From Escherichia coli (GTDB lineage: Bacteria; Pseudomonadota; Gammaproteobacteria; Enterobacterales; Enterobacteriaceae): a DNA stretch of 64,000 nucleotides. Below are positions 1 through 13,064 of this stretch, in pieces; position 1 is the stretch's first letter, and each line of letters begins with the position of its first letter. Below the pieces are notes generated by a model, which saw nothing but the letters and a program-made list of their open reading frames with translations, was not told the origin of the DNA and did not search any database. A program made the position numbers and the translations under genes. Location: assembly GCF_024223415.1 (NCBI RefSeq), contig NZ_CP100500.1. The stretch is one strand, 5' to 3'.

Positions 1-363
<363 letters not shown>

Positions 364-459
364 GTTATGTGTTCTTTAAAAATAAGGAAATGTTTGAATT
401 TAGTTGGTAGATTGTTGATGTGGAATAAATTTGTTTAAAAACAGATATGTATGCTTAGT
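364..459 (+). promoter_or_regulatory. CRISPR leader (AT-rich, expected to hold the array promoter and integration-host-factor site)
   Basis: 96 bp AT-rich segment between cas2 stop and first repeat; position matches the E. coli type I-E leader. Promoter elements not pinpointed. Confidence 0.7.
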
Positions 460-1342
460 GTGTTCCCCGCGCCAGCGGGGATAAACCGGTCAAATCGGTT
501 ACCTTAACCTGTTGAATGTGGTGTTCCCCGCGCCAGCGGGGATAAACCGAACGGCTACGGCACCGAGGTGACAAACCAGATGTGTTCCCCGCGCCAGCGG
601 GGATAAACCGAACTCCAGGATATTGCAAACCGCATAGTGGATGTGTTCCCCGCGCCAGCGGGGATAAACCGCCGTTGCGCTGGCATCGGGTGTACCTGTT
701 GTGGTGTTCCCCGCGCCAGCGGGGATAAACCGCCGTTGCGCTGGCATCGGGTGTACCTGTTGTGGTGTTCCCCGCGCCAGCGGGGATAAACCGGGCTTAC
801 ACGCCACCATGGCATCAAGAACGATGTGTTCCCCGCGCCAGCGGGGATAAACCGATTACGACTTCCGCACGCACCCACCGTTTGTAGTGTTCCCCGCGCC
901 AGCGGGGATAAACCGTTGGGCTAGGAGGAAGAGCATCATTAACATGGGTGTTCCCCGCGCCAGCGGGGATAAACCTGAGGCGGCTAAACCGTCGCGCACA
1001 CGAGCGACGTGTTCCCCGCGCCAGCGGGGATAAACCGCGTACTGCTTACTCCGTCATCGATGTATGAGTGTGTTCCCCGCGCCAGCGGGGATAAACCGTA
1101 CGTGTCGCCGTTACAGATTTCAGTCTGTTAGTGTTCCCCGCGCCAGCGGGGATAAACCGGGCGTCCAGTGATGCTTTCTGGTGCTCGAATAGTGTTCCCC
1201 GCGCCAGCGGGGATAAACCGCACGATTTTATGTGCCGCGTTGAGGCGTGGGCGTGTTCCCCGCGCCAGCGGGGATAAACCGGGCGCACTGGATGCGATGA
1301 TGGATATCACTTAGAATTCCCCGCCCCTGCGGTAGAACACCC
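460..1342 (+). CRISPR. Type I-E CRISPR array: 14 canonical 29-bp repeats GTGTTCCCCGCGCCAGCGGGGATAAACCG, one degenerate terminal repeat, 14 spacers of 32 bp (13 unique)
   Basis: Repeats start at 460, 521, 582, 643, 704, 765, 826, 887, 948, 1009, 1070, 1131, 1192, 1253 with exact 61-bp period. Terminal degenerate repeat 1314-1342 (GAATTCCCCGCCCCTGCGGTAGAACACCC, about 19/29 identity). Repeat 9 ends in T (976) instead of G. Spacers 672-703 and 733-764 are identical. Confidence 0.98.
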
Positions 1343-1362
1343 AGCTCCCATTTTCCAACCCA

Positions 1363-2400
1363 TCAAGACGCCTTCGCCAGCTCCTTCACCAACGGTAGCA
1401 TTATCCGCATAACATCACGGCAGCGACGTTCTATTCTTCCAGGAAGTGCCTTATCAATATGCTGTTGATTATCCAGTCTTACGTCATGCCAGCTATTTCC
1501 CGCAGGGAATGCGGCTGTTTTTGCGCGTTGCTGATAACCATCCTTATTCCCAAGATTCCAGTTAGTCGCTTCCACCGAAAGTACAGCAATGCCCGCTTTG
1601 TCGAATATTTCTGCGTCATTACAACACCCAGTGCCTTTCGGATAATTTTTATTCAAACCCGGATTGGTCGTTGCGGCTATTCCGTGACTGCGCGCAATTG
1701 CCAGCGCCCTGTCGCGCGTTAATTTCCTTACTGCCTCAGGGGTTTTTACACCGCTGTTGAAATACAATTTATCGCCAACAATTAAGTTATCGAGATTAAT
1801 CACCAGCAGCGTATTTTTCTTTTCGGTGTCACTCATCCGCTTGAGTAAATTCTCAGCGCCTAATTTCCCTTCCTCTTCGCCGCTGGTCGCCACAAATCGA
1901 ATACCATACTCGGTAGGCGTATTTTTCAGGCGTTCTGCCAGTTCCAGCATGACACCTAAACCTGCGGCGTTATCATCCATTCCTTGTAACGTCAGCCCGC
2001 CGAGATTGGCATCGGCGTCAGCATCGCTCAGCGGGGCGTAAGTATCCAGATGCGCCATAATGATGATCTGCTGCGGCGCTTTGCCTTCATGAGCGGCAAT
2101 CACCGTACTTCCCGTCACGTTATGCCAGCTCTTACGATTATCGCGGGCGGTATAAATATACCGACTATTAAATGTCCGAATATCACTGCGATAACCCATT
2201 TGCTGAAACTGTTGGCGAATATAATCGGCAGATAACATTTCTGCAGGAGTTCCGGTCATGCGTCCCGGAAAGAAAGTAGCAATATGTCGTGCCTGAGTAT
2301 TAGCAAAATCGCCAGGTTTAGGTGACGAGGCGTGTACGGGGAGAATAAAGCATACGCCGAGCGCCAGGGCAGCGGTACGGTGGCGCAATGCGGAAAACAT
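1363..2400 (-). CDS. iap: Alkaline phosphatase isozyme conversion aminopeptidase
   Basis: 345 aa ORF, signal-peptide-like N-terminus, matches E. coli Iap; conserved position next to the CRISPR array. Confidence 0.92.
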   Translation of the reverse strand: MFSALRHRTAALALGVCFILPVHASSPKPGDFANTQARHIATFFPGRMTGTPAEMLSADYIRQQFQQMGYRSDIRTFNSRYIYTARDNRKSWHNVTGSTVIAAHEGKAPQQIIIMAHLDTYAPLSDADADANLGGLTLQGMDDNAAGLGVMLELAERLKNTPTEYGIRFVATSGEEEGKLGAENLLKRMSDTEKKNTLLVINLDNLIVGDKLYFNSGVKTPEAVRKLTRDRALAIARSHGIAATTNPGLNKNYPKGTGCCNDAEIFDKAGIAVLSVEATNWNLGNKDGYQQRAKTAAFPAGNSWHDVRLDNQQHIDKALPGRIERRCRDVMRIMLPLVKELAKAS

Positions 2401-2651
2401 AGTGAGTCCTTAAATACCATGCAAATTTTTTTACCGCCATAGTATGAAACTGCCGCTGCGCTAAAACAATTTCAAATCTTCCTAAACGCCCGAAATCCGG
2501 TGCCTTAAGCACTTTTTGATATTAGCTTTGCCAAATCGTTATTCCGTTAAGGAACTACTCATTCTAATTGGTAATTTCATTCGTTCTCTTACGCTCCCTA
2601 TAGTCGAAACATCTGATGGCAAGAAAATAGCGGTATTGCAAAGGAACGGTT

Positions 2652-3560
2652 ATGGATCAAAAACGACTTACCCACCTACGACAGCTGGAGGCGGAAAGCA
2701 TCCACATCATTCGCGAGGTGGCGGCAGAATTCTCAAATCCGGTGATGCTCTACTCTATCGGTAAAGATTCCAGCGTCATGCTGCATCTGGCGCGCAAGGC
2801 GTTTTATCCAGGTACGCTGCCTTTCCCGTTGCTGCATGTCGATACCGGCTGGAAATTCCGCGAGATGTATGAGTTCCGCGATCGTACGGCGAAAGCCTAC
2901 GGCTGCGAGCTGCTGGTGCATAAAAACCCGGAAGGCGTGGCGATGGGGATTAATCCATTCGTGCACGGCAGCGCGAAACATACCGATATTATGAAGACCG
3001 AAGGCCTGAAGCAGGCGCTGAATAAATACGGTTTTGATGCCGCCTTCGGTGGTGCGCGCCGCGACGAAGAGAAATCCCGTGCTAAAGAGCGAATCTATTC
3101 TTTCCGTGATCGCTTCCATCGCTGGGATCCGAAAAATCAGCGCCCGGAGCTGTGGCACAACTACAACGGGCAAATTAATAAAGGCGAAAGCATCCGCGTC
3201 TTCCCGCTCTCTAACTGGACCGAGCAGGATATCTGGCAATACATCTGGCTGGAAAATATCGACATTGTGCCGCTGTATCTCGCTGCGGAACGTCCGGTTC
3301 TGGAACGCGACGGTATGTTGATGATGATTGATGACAACCGTATCGACCTGCAACAGGGCGAAGTGATTAAAAAACGGATGGTGCGTTTCCGTACGCTGGG
3401 CTGCTGGCCGCTGACCGGTGCGGTGGAGTCAAATGCACAAACACTGCCGGAGATCATCGAAGAGATGCTGGTTTCCACCACCAGTGAACGTCAGGGCCGC
3501 GTGATTGACCGCGACCAGGCGGGATCCATGGAGCTGAAAAAACGTCAGGGGTATTTTTAA
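2652..3560 (+). CDS. cysD: Sulfate adenylyltransferase subunit 2
   Basis: 302 aa; PAPS reductase-like fold motifs; cysD-cysN-cysC operon order. Confidence 0.95.
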   Translation: MDQKRLTHLRQLEAESIHIIREVAAEFSNPVMLYSIGKDSSVMLHLARKAFYPGTLPFPLLHVDTGWKFREMYEFRDRTAKAYGCELLVHKNPEGVAMGINPFVHGSAKHTDIMKTEGLKQALNKYGFDAAFGGARRDEEKSRAKERIYSFRDRFHRWDPKNQRPELWHNYNGQINKGESIRVFPLSNWTEQDIWQYIWLENIDIVPLYLAAERPVLERDGMLMMIDDNRIDLQQGEVIKKRMVRFRTLGCWPLTGAVESNAQTLPEIIEEMLVSTTSERQGRVIDRDQAGSMELKKRQGYF

Positions 3561-3561
3561 G

Positions 3562-4989
3562 ATGAACACCGCACTTGCACAACAAATCGCCAATGAAGGC
3601 GGCGTCGAAGCCTGGATGATTGCGCAACAACATAAAAGCCTGCTGCGTTTTCTGACCTGTGGTAGCGTCGATGACGGCAAAAGTACCCTGATTGGTCGTC
3701 TGCTGCACGATACCCGCCAAATCTATGAAGATCAGCTCTCATCGCTGCATAACGACAGTAAGCGTCACGGCACCCAGGGCGAAAAGCTGGATCTGGCTCT
3801 GCTGGTGGACGGCCTGCAAGCTGAGCGTGAACAGGGCATCACCATTGACGTGGCCTACCGCTATTTCTCTACCGAGAAGCGTAAATTTATTATCGCCGAC
3901 ACTCCAGGGCACGAGCAGTACACCCGCAATATGGCGACTGGCGCATCGACATGTGAACTGGCGATCTTACTGATCGATGCCCGTAAAGGCGTGTTCGATC
4001 AAACCCGTCGTCACAGTTTTATCTCCACACTGTTGGGGATCAAACATCTGGTCGTGGCGATCAACAAAATGGATCTGGTGGATTACAGTGAAGAGACGTT
4101 CACCCGTATTCGTGAAGATTATTTGACCTTTGCCGGGCAGCTGCCGGGTAATCTGGATATCCGCTTTGTGCCGCTCTCTGCACTGGAAGGCGACAACGTG
4201 GCTTCGCAAAGTGAAAGTATGCCGTGGTACAGCGGTCCGACACTGCTCGAAGTGCTGGAAACCGTGGAGATTCAGCGAGTGGTGGATGCCCAGCCAATGC
4301 GCTTCCCGGTGCAGTACGTTAACCGCCCAAATCTCGATTTTCGTGGCTACGCCGGAACGCTGGCATCCGGTCGCGTGGAAGTCGGGCAACGTGTAAAAGT
4401 GCTGCCCTCTGGTGTGGAATCAAACGTCGCGCGGATCGTGACTTTTGATGGTGATCGCGAAGAAGCCTTTGCCGGAGAAGCGATCACCCTGGTGCTGACG
4501 GATGAGATCGACATCAGCCGTGGCGATCTGCTGCTGGCGGCAGACGAAGCGTTACCAGCTGTGCAGAGCGCGTCGGTGGATGTGGTATGGATGGCGGAAC
4601 AGCCGCTTTCCCCGGGCCAGAGTTATGACATCAAAATTGCCGGTAAGAAGACGCGTGCTCGTGTTGATGGCATTCGTTATCAGGTTGATATTAATAACCT
4701 TACCCAACGCGAAGTTGAAAACCTGCCGCTGAACGGCATCGGCCTGGTGGATCTCACTTTTGACGAGCCACTGGTGTTAGATCGTTATCAGCAAAACCCG
4801 GTTACCGGTGGGCTGATTTTTATCGATCGCCTGAGCAATGTGACCGTAGGTGCCGGTATGGTGCATGAGCCAGTTAGCCAGGCAACTGCTGCGCCATCTG
4901 AATTTAGTGCATTCGAACTGGAATTGAATGCCCTGGTTCGCCGCCACTTTCCACACTGGGGCGCGCGCGATTTGCTGGGGGATAAATAA
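3562..4989 (+). CDS. cysN: Sulfate adenylyltransferase subunit 1 (GTPase)
   Basis: 475 aa; GTP-binding motifs GSVDDGKST and DTPGH; starts 2 bp after cysD stop. Confidence 0.95.
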   Translation: MNTALAQQIANEGGVEAWMIAQQHKSLLRFLTCGSVDDGKSTLIGRLLHDTRQIYEDQLSSLHNDSKRHGTQGEKLDLALLVDGLQAEREQGITIDVAYRYFSTEKRKFIIADTPGHEQYTRNMATGASTCELAILLIDARKGVFDQTRRHSFISTLLGIKHLVVAINKMDLVDYSEETFTRIREDYLTFAGQLPGNLDIRFVPLSALEGDNVASQSESMPWYSGPTLLEVLETVEIQRVVDAQPMRFPVQYVNRPNLDFRGYAGTLASGRVEVGQRVKVLPSGVESNVARIVTFDGDREEAFAGEAITLVLTDEIDISRGDLLLAADEALPAVQSASVDVVWMAEQPLSPGQSYDIKIAGKKTRARVDGIRYQVDINNLTQREVENLPLNGIGLVDLTFDEPLVLDRYQQNPVTGGLIFIDRLSNVTVGAGMVHEPVSQATAAPSEFSAFELELNALVRRHFPHWGARDLLGDK

Positions 4990-5594
4990 TGGCGCTGCAT
5001 GACGAAAACGTCGTCTGGCATAGCCATCCGGTCACTGTGCAACAACGCGAGCTACACCACGGTCATCGTGGTGTAGTGCTGTGGTTTACCGGCCTCTCCG
5101 GGTCCGGTAAATCAACGGTCGCCGGGGCGCTGGAGGAGGCGTTACATAAACTCGGCGTCAGTACGTATCTGCTGGATGGCGACAATGTTCGCCACGGATT
5201 ATGTAGCGATCTCGGTTTTAGCGATGCCGATCGTAAAGAGAATATCCGTCGCGTCGGTGAAGTGGCGAATTTGATGGTTGAGGCCGGACTGGTGGTGCTG
5301 ACCGCATTTATCTCGCCACACCGCGCCGAACGCCAGATGGTTCGTGAACGCGTAGGAGAAGGGCGCTTTATCGAAGTGTTTGTCGATACGCCGCTGGCGA
5401 TTTGCGAAGCCCGCGATCCAAAAGGCTTATATAAGAAAGCGCGTGCCGGTGAACTGGGCAACTTTACGGGAATAGATTCCGTTTACGAAGCGCCTGAATC
5501 GGCAGAAATTCATCTCAATGGTGAACAATTAGTAACAAATTTGGTACAGCAATTATTAGATCTGTTGAGACAGAACGATATTATCAGATCCTGA
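4989..5594 (+). CDS. cysC: Adenylylsulfate (APS) kinase
   Basis: 201 aa; P-loop GLSGSGKST; start overlaps cysN stop. Confidence 0.95.
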   Translation: MALHDENVVWHSHPVTVQQRELHHGHRGVVLWFTGLSGSGKSTVAGALEEALHKLGVSTYLLDGDNVRHGLCSDLGFSDADRKENIRRVGEVANLMVEAGLVVLTAFISPHRAERQMVRERVGEGRFIEVFVDTPLAICEARDPKGLYKKARAGELGNFTGIDSVYEAPESAEIHLNGEQLVTNLVQQLLDLLRQNDIIRS

Positions 5595-5643
5595 GACACC
5601 ACCGGGTTTCCATGCCCGGTTCGTCAAAGTAACAGGATCAAAT

Positions 5644-5967
5644 ATGCGTAATAGCCATAACATTACACTAACAAATAACGACAGCCTTACTGAGGATGAA
5701 GAAACCACATGGTCACTGCCTGGTGCCGTGGTCGGTTTTATCTCCTGGTTATTTGCGCTGGCGATGCCGATGTTGATTTATGGCTCTAACACGCTGTTCT
5801 TCTTTATCTACACCTGGCCTTTCTTTCTGGCGCTGATGCCCGTTGCGGTAGTGGTGGGGATTGCGCTGCATTCATTGATGGACGGAAAGCTACGCTACAG
5901 TATTGTTTTCACCCTGGTGACAGTAGGCATTATGTTTGGCGCACTGTTTATGTGGCTGCTGGGCTAA
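5644..5967 (+). CDS. ygbE: Small inner-membrane protein YgbE (DUF3561)
   Basis: 107 aa hydrophobic protein; same length and synteny as K-12 YgbE. Confidence 0.85.
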   Translation: MRNSHNITLTNNDSLTEDEETTWSLPGAVVGFISWLFALAMPMLIYGSNTLFFFIYTWPFFLALMPVAVVVGIALHSLMDGKLRYSIVFTLVTVGIMFGALFMWLLG

Positions 5968-6160
5968 TTTGTACTTTCCCGTCTCCTCTGTTCATAATTC
6001 AAACCGTAACTAATAATGAGATTATGTTCTGCACGCCCTGGGTATACGTAACAATGGACAAATGTGGTACATTTGCCCGCGTTGTCGCGGTATCCCCAAC
6101 AGAGGATGTAGAGTCGTCTTCGGATGCATGGGATGATGATGCCGTTTTTCAGGGGGCAGG

Positions 6161-6472
6161 ATGGGTAAACTAACGCTGCTGTTGCTGGCTATTCTGGTCT
6201 GGCTACAGTATTCGCTGTGGTTCGGTAAGAACGGTATACATGACTATACCCGCGTCAATGATGATGTGGCGGCACAGCAAGCTACAAACGCGAAACTTAA
6301 AGCGCGAAACGATCAACTTTTTGCCGAAATTGACGATCTCAATGGCGGCCAGGAGGCGCTCGAAGAGCGTGCGCGTAATGAACTCAGCATGACCAGGCCG
6401 GGCGAAACTTTTTATCGTCTGGTGCCTGACGCGTCGAAGCGCGCACAGTCTGCGGGGCAAAACAATCGATAA
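6161..6472 (+). CDS. ftsB: Cell division protein FtsB
   Basis: 103 aa; N-terminal transmembrane segment then coiled coil; upstream of ispD as in K-12. Confidence 0.93.
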
Positions 6473-6490
6473 ATCAGCCCGGGAATTAAC

Positions 6491-7201
6491 ATGGCAACCA
6501 CTCATTTGGATGTTTGCGCCGTGGTTCCGGCGGCCGGATTTGGCCGTCGAATGCAAACGGAATGTCCTAAGCAATATCTCTCAATCGGTAATCAAACCAT
6601 TCTTGAACACTCGGTGCATGCGCTGCTGGCACATCCCCGGGTGACACGTGTCGTCATTGCCATAAGTCCTGGCGATAGCCGTTTTGCACAACTTCCTCTG
6701 GCGAATCATCCGCAAATCACCGTTGTAGATGGCGGTGATGAGCGTGCCGATTCCGTGCTGGCAGGTCTGAAAGCCGCTGGCGACGCGCAGTGGGTATTGG
6801 TGCATGACGCCGCTCGTCCTTGTCTGCATCAGGATGACCTCGCGCGATTGTTGGCGTTGAGCGAAACCAGCCGCACGGGAGGGATCCTCGCCGCACCAGT
6901 GCGCGATACTATGAAACGTGCCGAACCGGGCAAAAATGCCATTGCTCATACCGTTGATCGCAACGGCTTATGGCACGCGCTGACGCCGCAATTTTTCCCT
7001 CGAGAGCTGTTACATGACTGTCTGACGCGCGCTCTAAATGAAGGCGCGACTATTACCGACGAAGCCTCGGCGCTGGAATATTGCGGATTTCATCCGCAGT
7101 TGGTCGAAGGCCGCGCGGATAACATTAAAGTCACGCGCCCGGAAGATTTGGCACTGGCCGAGTTTTACCTCACCCGAACCATCCATCAGGAGAATACATA
7201 A
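6491..7201 (+). CDS. ispD: 2-C-methyl-D-erythritol 4-phosphate cytidylyltransferase
   Basis: 236 aa; [10 protein letters not shown] motif; overlaps ispF start. Confidence 0.95.
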
Positions 7202-7680
7202 TGCGAATTGGACACGGTTTTGACGTACACGCCTTTGGCGGTGAAGGCCCAATTATCATTGGTGGCGTACGCATTCCTTACGAAAAAGGATTGCTGGCGC
7301 ATTCTGATGGCGACGTGGCGCTCCATGCGTTGACCGATGCATTGCTTGGCGCGGCGGCGCTGGGGGATATCGGCAAGCTGTTCCCGGATACCGATCCGGC
7401 ATTTAAAGGTGCCGACAGCCGCGAGCTGCTACGCGAAGCCTGGCGTCGTATTCAGGCGAAGGGTTATACCCTTGGTAACGTCGATGTCACTATCATCGCT
7501 CAGGCACCGAAGATGTTGCCGCACATTCCACAAATGCGCGTGTTTATTGCCGAAGATCTCGGCTGCCATATGGATGATGTTAACGTGAAAGCCACTACTA
7601 CGGAAAAACTTGGATTTACCGGACGTGGGGAAGGGATTGCCTGTGAAGCGGTGGCGCTACTCATTAAGGCAACAAAATGA
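7201..7680 (+). CDS. ispF: 2-C-methyl-D-erythritol 2,4-cyclodiphosphate synthase
   Basis: 159 aa; [12 protein letters not shown] signature. Confidence 0.95.
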
Positions 7681-8706
7681 TTGAGTTTGATAATCTCACT
7701 TACCTCCACGGTAAACCGCAAGGCACCGGGCTGCTGAAAGCCAATCCGGAAGACTTTGTGGTGGTGGAAGATTTGGGCTTTGAGCCTGATGGTGAAGGTG
7801 AGCATATTCTGGTTAGAATCCTCAAAAACGGCTGCAATACCCGTTTTGTGGCGGATGCACTGGCGAAATTCCTGAAAATTCATGCCCGTGAAGTCAGCTT
7901 CGCTGGGCAAAAAGATAAACATGCTGTTACGGAACAGTGGTTATGCGCTCGCGTGCCGGGCAAAGAGATGCCCGATCTGAGTGCCTTTCAACTGGAAGGC
8001 TGCCAGGTGCTGGAGTATGCGCGGCACAAGCGCAAGCTGCGTTTAGGGGCGCTGAAAGGTAACGCCTTTACCCTGGTACTACGCGAAGTGAGCAATCGCG
8101 ATGACGTTGAACAACGTCTGATCGATATTTGCGTAAAAGGTGTACCGAACTACTTCGGTGCCCAACGTTTTGGGATTGGCGGTAGCAACTTGCAGGGCGC
8201 GCTGCGCTGGGCGCAAACCAATACTCCGGTGCGCGATCGCAATAAACGGAGTTTTTGGTTGTCGGCAGCCCGCAGTGCGTTGTTTAATCAGATTGTTGCT
8301 GAGCGCCTCAAAAAAGCAGACGTTAATCAAGTTGTTGACGGCGATGCGCTACAATTAGCCGGACGTGGTAGCTGGTTTGTAGCAACCACCGAAGAACTGG
8401 CGGAATTACAGCGTCGCGTCAACGATAAAGAGCTGATGATAACCGCCGCATTGCCGGGCAGTGGCGAATGGGGAACTCAGCGTGAAGCGCTGGCATTCGA
8501 ACAAGCAGCTGTCGCCGCAGAAACTGAATTACAAGCCTTACTGGTGCGCGAAAAAGTTGAAGCCGCGCGCAGAGCGATGCTGCTGTATCCGCAACAATTA
8601 AGCTGGAACTGGTGGGACGACGTCACTGTCGAAATCCGTTTCTGGCTTCCGGCAGGAAGCTTTGCGACCAGCGTTGTCAGGGAACTTATCAACACAACAG
8701 GTGATT

Positions 8707-8726
<20 letters not shown>
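7677..8726 (+). CDS. truD: tRNA pseudouridine(13) synthase
   Basis: 349 aa; matches TruD; overlaps ispF stop. Confidence 0.93.
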
Positions 8727-10088
<1,362 letters not shown>

Positions 10089-10227
10089 AACGTGAGGAAA
10101 TACCTGGATTTTTCCTGGTTATTTTGCCGCAGGTCAGCGTATCGTGAACATCTTTTCCAGTGTTCAGTATGGTGCCTTGCACGGTAATTATGTCACTGGT
10201 TATTAACCAATTTTTCCTGGGGGATAA

Positions 10228-11367
10228 ATGAGCGCGGGAAGCCCAAAATTCACCGTTCGCCGCATTGCGGCTTTGTCACTGGTTTCGCTATGGCTGGCAG
10301 GCTGTTCTGACACTTCAAATCCACCGGCACCGGTCAGCTCCGTTAATGGCAATGCGCCTGCAAATACCAATTCTGGTATGTTGATTACGCCGCCGCCGAA
10401 AATGGGGACGACGTCTACAGCGCAGCAACCGCAAATTCAGCCGGTACAGCAGCCACAAATTCAGGCCACTCAACAACCGCAAATCCAGCCAGTGCAGCCA
10501 GTAGCTCAGCAGCCGGTACAGATGGAAAACGGACGCATCGTCTATAACCGTCAGTATGGGAACATTCCGAAAGGCAGTTATAGCGGCAGTACCTATACCG
10601 TGAAAAAAGGCGACACGCTTTTCTATATCGCCTGGATTACTGGCAACGATTTCCGTGACCTTGCTCAGCGCAACAATATTCAGGCACCATACGCGCTGAA
10701 CGTCGGTCAGACCTTACAGGTGGGGAATGCTTCCGGTACGCCAATCACTGGCGGAAATGCCATTACCCAGGCCGACGCAGCAGAGCAAGGAGTTGTGATC
10801 AAGCCTGCACAAAATTCCACCGTTGCTGTTGCGTCGCAACCGACAATTACGTATTCTGAGTCTTCGGGTGAACAGAGTGCTAACAAAATGTTGCCGAACA
10901 ACAAGCCAACTGCGACCACGGTCACAGCGCCTGTAACGGTACCAACAGCAAGCACAACCGAGCCGACTGTCAGCAGTACATCAACCAGTACGCCTATCTC
11001 CACCTGGCGCTGGCCGACTGAGGGCAAAGTGATCGAAACCTTTGGCGCTTCTGAGGGGGGCAACAAGGGGATTGATATCGCAGGCAGCAAAGGACAGGCA
11101 ATTATCGCGACCGCAGATGGCCGCGTTGTTTATGCCGGTAACGCGCTGCGCGGCTACGGTAATCTGATTATCATCAAACATAATGATGATTACCTGAGTG
11201 CCTACGCCCATAACGACACAATGCTGGTCCGGGAACAACAAGAAGTGAAGGCGGGGCAAAAAATAGCAACCATGGGTAGCACCGGAACCAGTTCAACACG
11301 CTTGCATTTTGAAATTCGTTACAAGGGGAAATCCGTAAACCCGCTGCGTTATTTGCCGCAGCGATAA
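10228..11367 (+). CDS. nlpD: Murein hydrolase activator lipoprotein NlpD (LysM + M23 peptidase domain)
   Basis: 379 aa; lipobox LAGCS; Gln/Pro-rich linker; LysM and LytM domains; directly upstream of rpoS. Confidence 0.95.
   Translation: MSAGSPKFTVRRIAALSLVSLWLAGCSDTSNPPAPVSSVNGNAPANTNSGMLITPPPKMGTTSTAQQPQIQPVQQPQIQATQQPQIQPVQPVAQQPVQMENGRIVYNRQYGNIPKGSYSGSTYTVKKGDTLFYIAWITGNDFRDLAQRNNIQAPYALNVGQTLQVGNASGTPITGGNAITQADAAEQGVVIKPAQNSTVAVASQPTITYSESSGEQSANKMLPNNKPTATTVTAPVTVPTASTTEPTVSSTSTSTPISTWRWPTEGKVIETFGASEGGNKGIDIAGSKGQAIIATADGRVVYAGNALRGYGNLIIIKHNDDYLSAYAHNDTMLVREQQEVKAGQKIATMGSTGTSSTRLHFEIRYKGKSVNPLRYLPQR
10423..10518 (+). repeat. Imperfect 24-bp tandem repeats (about 4 copies) encoding the Gln/Pro-rich linker of NlpD
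   Basis: Units cagcaaccgcaaattcagccggta / cagcagccacaaattcaggccact / caacaaccgcaaatccagccagtg / cagccagtagctcagcagccggta, giving QQPQIQPV-like peptide repeats. Confidence 0.7.
10829..10857 (+). promoter_or_regulatory. Putative major rpoS promoter inside nlpD (-35 TTGCGT, 17-bp spacer, -10 TATTCT)
   Basis: Hexamers sit about 570 bp upstream of the rpoS ATG, consistent with the known long rpoS 5' leader; exact boxes are my assignment from sequence. Confidence 0.5.
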
Positions 11368-11429
11368 ATCGGCGGAACCAGGCTTTTGCTTGAATGTTCC
11401 GTCAAGGGATCACGGGTAGGAGCCACCTT

Positions 11430-12422
11430 ATGAGTCAGAATACGCTGAAAGTTCATGATTTAAATGAAGATGCGGAATTTGATGAGAACGGAGTTGAGGT
11501 TTTTGACGAAAAGGCCTTAGTAGAAGAGGAACCCAGTGATAACGATTTGGCCGAAGAGGAACTGTTATCGCAGGGAGCCACACAGCGTGTGTTGGACGCG
11601 ACTCAGCTTTACCTTGGTGAGATTGGTTATTCACCACTGTTAACGGCCGAAGAAGAAGTTTATTTTGCGCGTCGCGCACTGCGTGGAGATGTCGCCTCTC
11701 GCCGCCGGATGATCGAGAGTAACTTGCGTCTGGTGGTAAAAATTGCCCGCCGTTATGGCAATCGTGGTCTGGCGTTGCTGGACCTTATCGAAGAGGGCAA
11801 CCTGGGGCTGATCCGCGCGGTAGAGAAGTTTGACCCGGAACGTGGTTTCCGCTTCTCAACATACGCAACCTGGTGGATTCGCCAGACGATTGAACGGGCG
11901 ATTATGAACCAAACCCGTACTATTCGTTTGCCGATTCACATCGTAAAGGAGCTGAACGTTTACCTGCGAACCGCACGTGAGTTGTCCCATAAGCTGGACC
12001 ATGAACCAAGTGCGGAAGAGATCGCAGAGCAACTGGATAAGCCAGTTGATGACGTCAGCCGTATGCTTCGTCTTAACGAGCGCATTACCTCGGTAGACAC
12101 CCCGCTGGGTGGTGATTCCGAAAAAGCGTTGCTGGACATCCTGGCCGATGAAAAAGAGAACGGTCCGGAAGATACCACGCAAGATGACGATATGAAGCAG
12201 AGCATCGTCAAATGGCTGTTCGAGCTGAACGCCAAACAGCGTGAAGTACTGGCACGTCGATTCGGTTTGCTGGGGTACGAAGCGGCAACACTGGAAGATG
12301 TAGGTCGTGAAATTGGCCTCACCCGTGAACGTGTTCGCCAGATTCAGGTTGAAGGCCTGCGCCGTTTGCGCGAAATCCTGCAAACGCAGGGGCTGAATAT
12401 CGAAGCGCTGTTCCGCGAATAA
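11430..12422 (+). CDS. rpoS: RNA polymerase sigma factor RpoS (sigma-S/sigma-38)
   Basis: Known N-terminus [14 protein letters not shown] starts at ATG 11430 (330 aa); ORF-track frame extends to an upstream ATG at 11394. Codon 33 is GAG (Glu). Confidence 0.97.
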   Translation: MSQNTLKVHDLNEDAEFDENGVEVFDEKALVEEEPSDNDLAEEELLSQGATQRVLDATQLYLGEIGYSPLLTAEEEVYFARRALRGDVASRRRMIESNLRLVVKIARRYGNRGLALLDLIEEGNLGLIRAVEKFDPERGFRFSTYATWWIRQTIERAIMNQTRTIRLPIHIVKELNVYLRTARELSHKLDHEPSAEEIAEQLDKPVDDVSRMLRLNERITSVDTPLGGDSEKALLDILADEKENGPEDTTQDDDMKQSIVKWLFELNAKQREVLARRFGLLGYEAATLEDVGREIGLTRERVRQIQVEGLRRLREILQTQGLNIEALFRE

Positions 12423-12437
12423 GTAAGCATCTGTCAG

Positions 12438-12470
12438 AAAGGCCAGTCTCAAGCGAGGCTGGCCTTTTTC
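12438..12470 (+). terminator. rpoS intrinsic terminator (GC hairpin + T-run)
   Basis: aaaGGCCAGTCTCaagcGAGGCTGGCCttttt directly after the rpoS stop. Confidence 0.75.
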
Positions 12471-12541
12471 TTTTGTTTGGGAAGCTTGTGTTTTTGTCGC
12501 CTGGATAAGACACGTCAGCGTCCTACCCGGCAATTTGCATC

Positions 12542-12949
12542 CTATGTGTTCATCATCTTGCGCACCAGCTGCACAAACAGCTCCTGCTCTTCTGCACTCA
12601 AACGCCCCAAAAATTCCTCATCCACGCTGTCACCAATCGGTATCGCCGCAGCAAGTATCTTTTCTCCTTCGGCAGTCAGCCAGACAAAGCGACGCCGCTT
12701 GTCAGCGGCATCATGTTCACGTCTGACTAAGCCACGATTCTCCATTCTTGCCAACATTTCTGCCAACGTTGCTTTGGTGCTGACTGCTGCTTCTATCAGT
12801 GCCACCTGTTCGATACCAGGCTTATCAGCAATGGCGCGCATCACCGCATACTGTGGTTTGGTCAGGTCAGGTAACTCGTGCTGCCAGCGAGCCGTGTGCT
12901 GCTGAAAAAGCTGTCGTAACTGATGGAACGCTTTATTTCGTAACGCCAT
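12542..12949 (-). CDS. MarR/SlyA-family transcriptional regulator
   Basis: ORF-track frame 12542-12982; Met at 12949 has a GGAG Shine-Dalgarno 7 nt upstream, giving about 135 aa. Winged-helix MarR-like sequence. Divergent from the decarboxylase operon. Confidence 0.8.
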   Translation of the reverse strand: MALRNKAFHQLRQLFQQHTARWQHELPDLTKPQYAVMRAIADKPGIEQVALIEAAVSTKATLAEMLARMENRGLVRREHDAADKRRRFVWLTAEGEKILAAAIPIGDSVDEEFLGRLSAEEQELFVQLVRKMMNT

Positions 12950-13064
12950 GTAAACTCCGGGCAAACTATCTGCCGCTATCATAGCGGTTTTTCAGTGACG
13001 AAGGGGATGTTGTTACTTTTCAGTGCTTGCCGCAATGAGAACAGAGGCGTATTTTAATAATAAT

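Noticed and set aside
499-1310. Five minus-strand ORFs (60-107 aa) with recurring peptide motifs such as FIPAGAGNT and YPRWRGEH
   Set aside because: They are translations of the 61-bp-periodic CRISPR repeats; the motif periodicity mirrors the repeat, so these are not genes.
5952-6173. 73-aa ORF across the ygbE-ftsB spacer
   Set aside because: Overlaps both flanking genes' ends and the ftsB start; no ribosome-binding site; likely spurious.
11856-12533. 225-aa ORF antisense to rpoS
   Set aside because: Lies opposite rpoS and runs through its terminator; no independent support.
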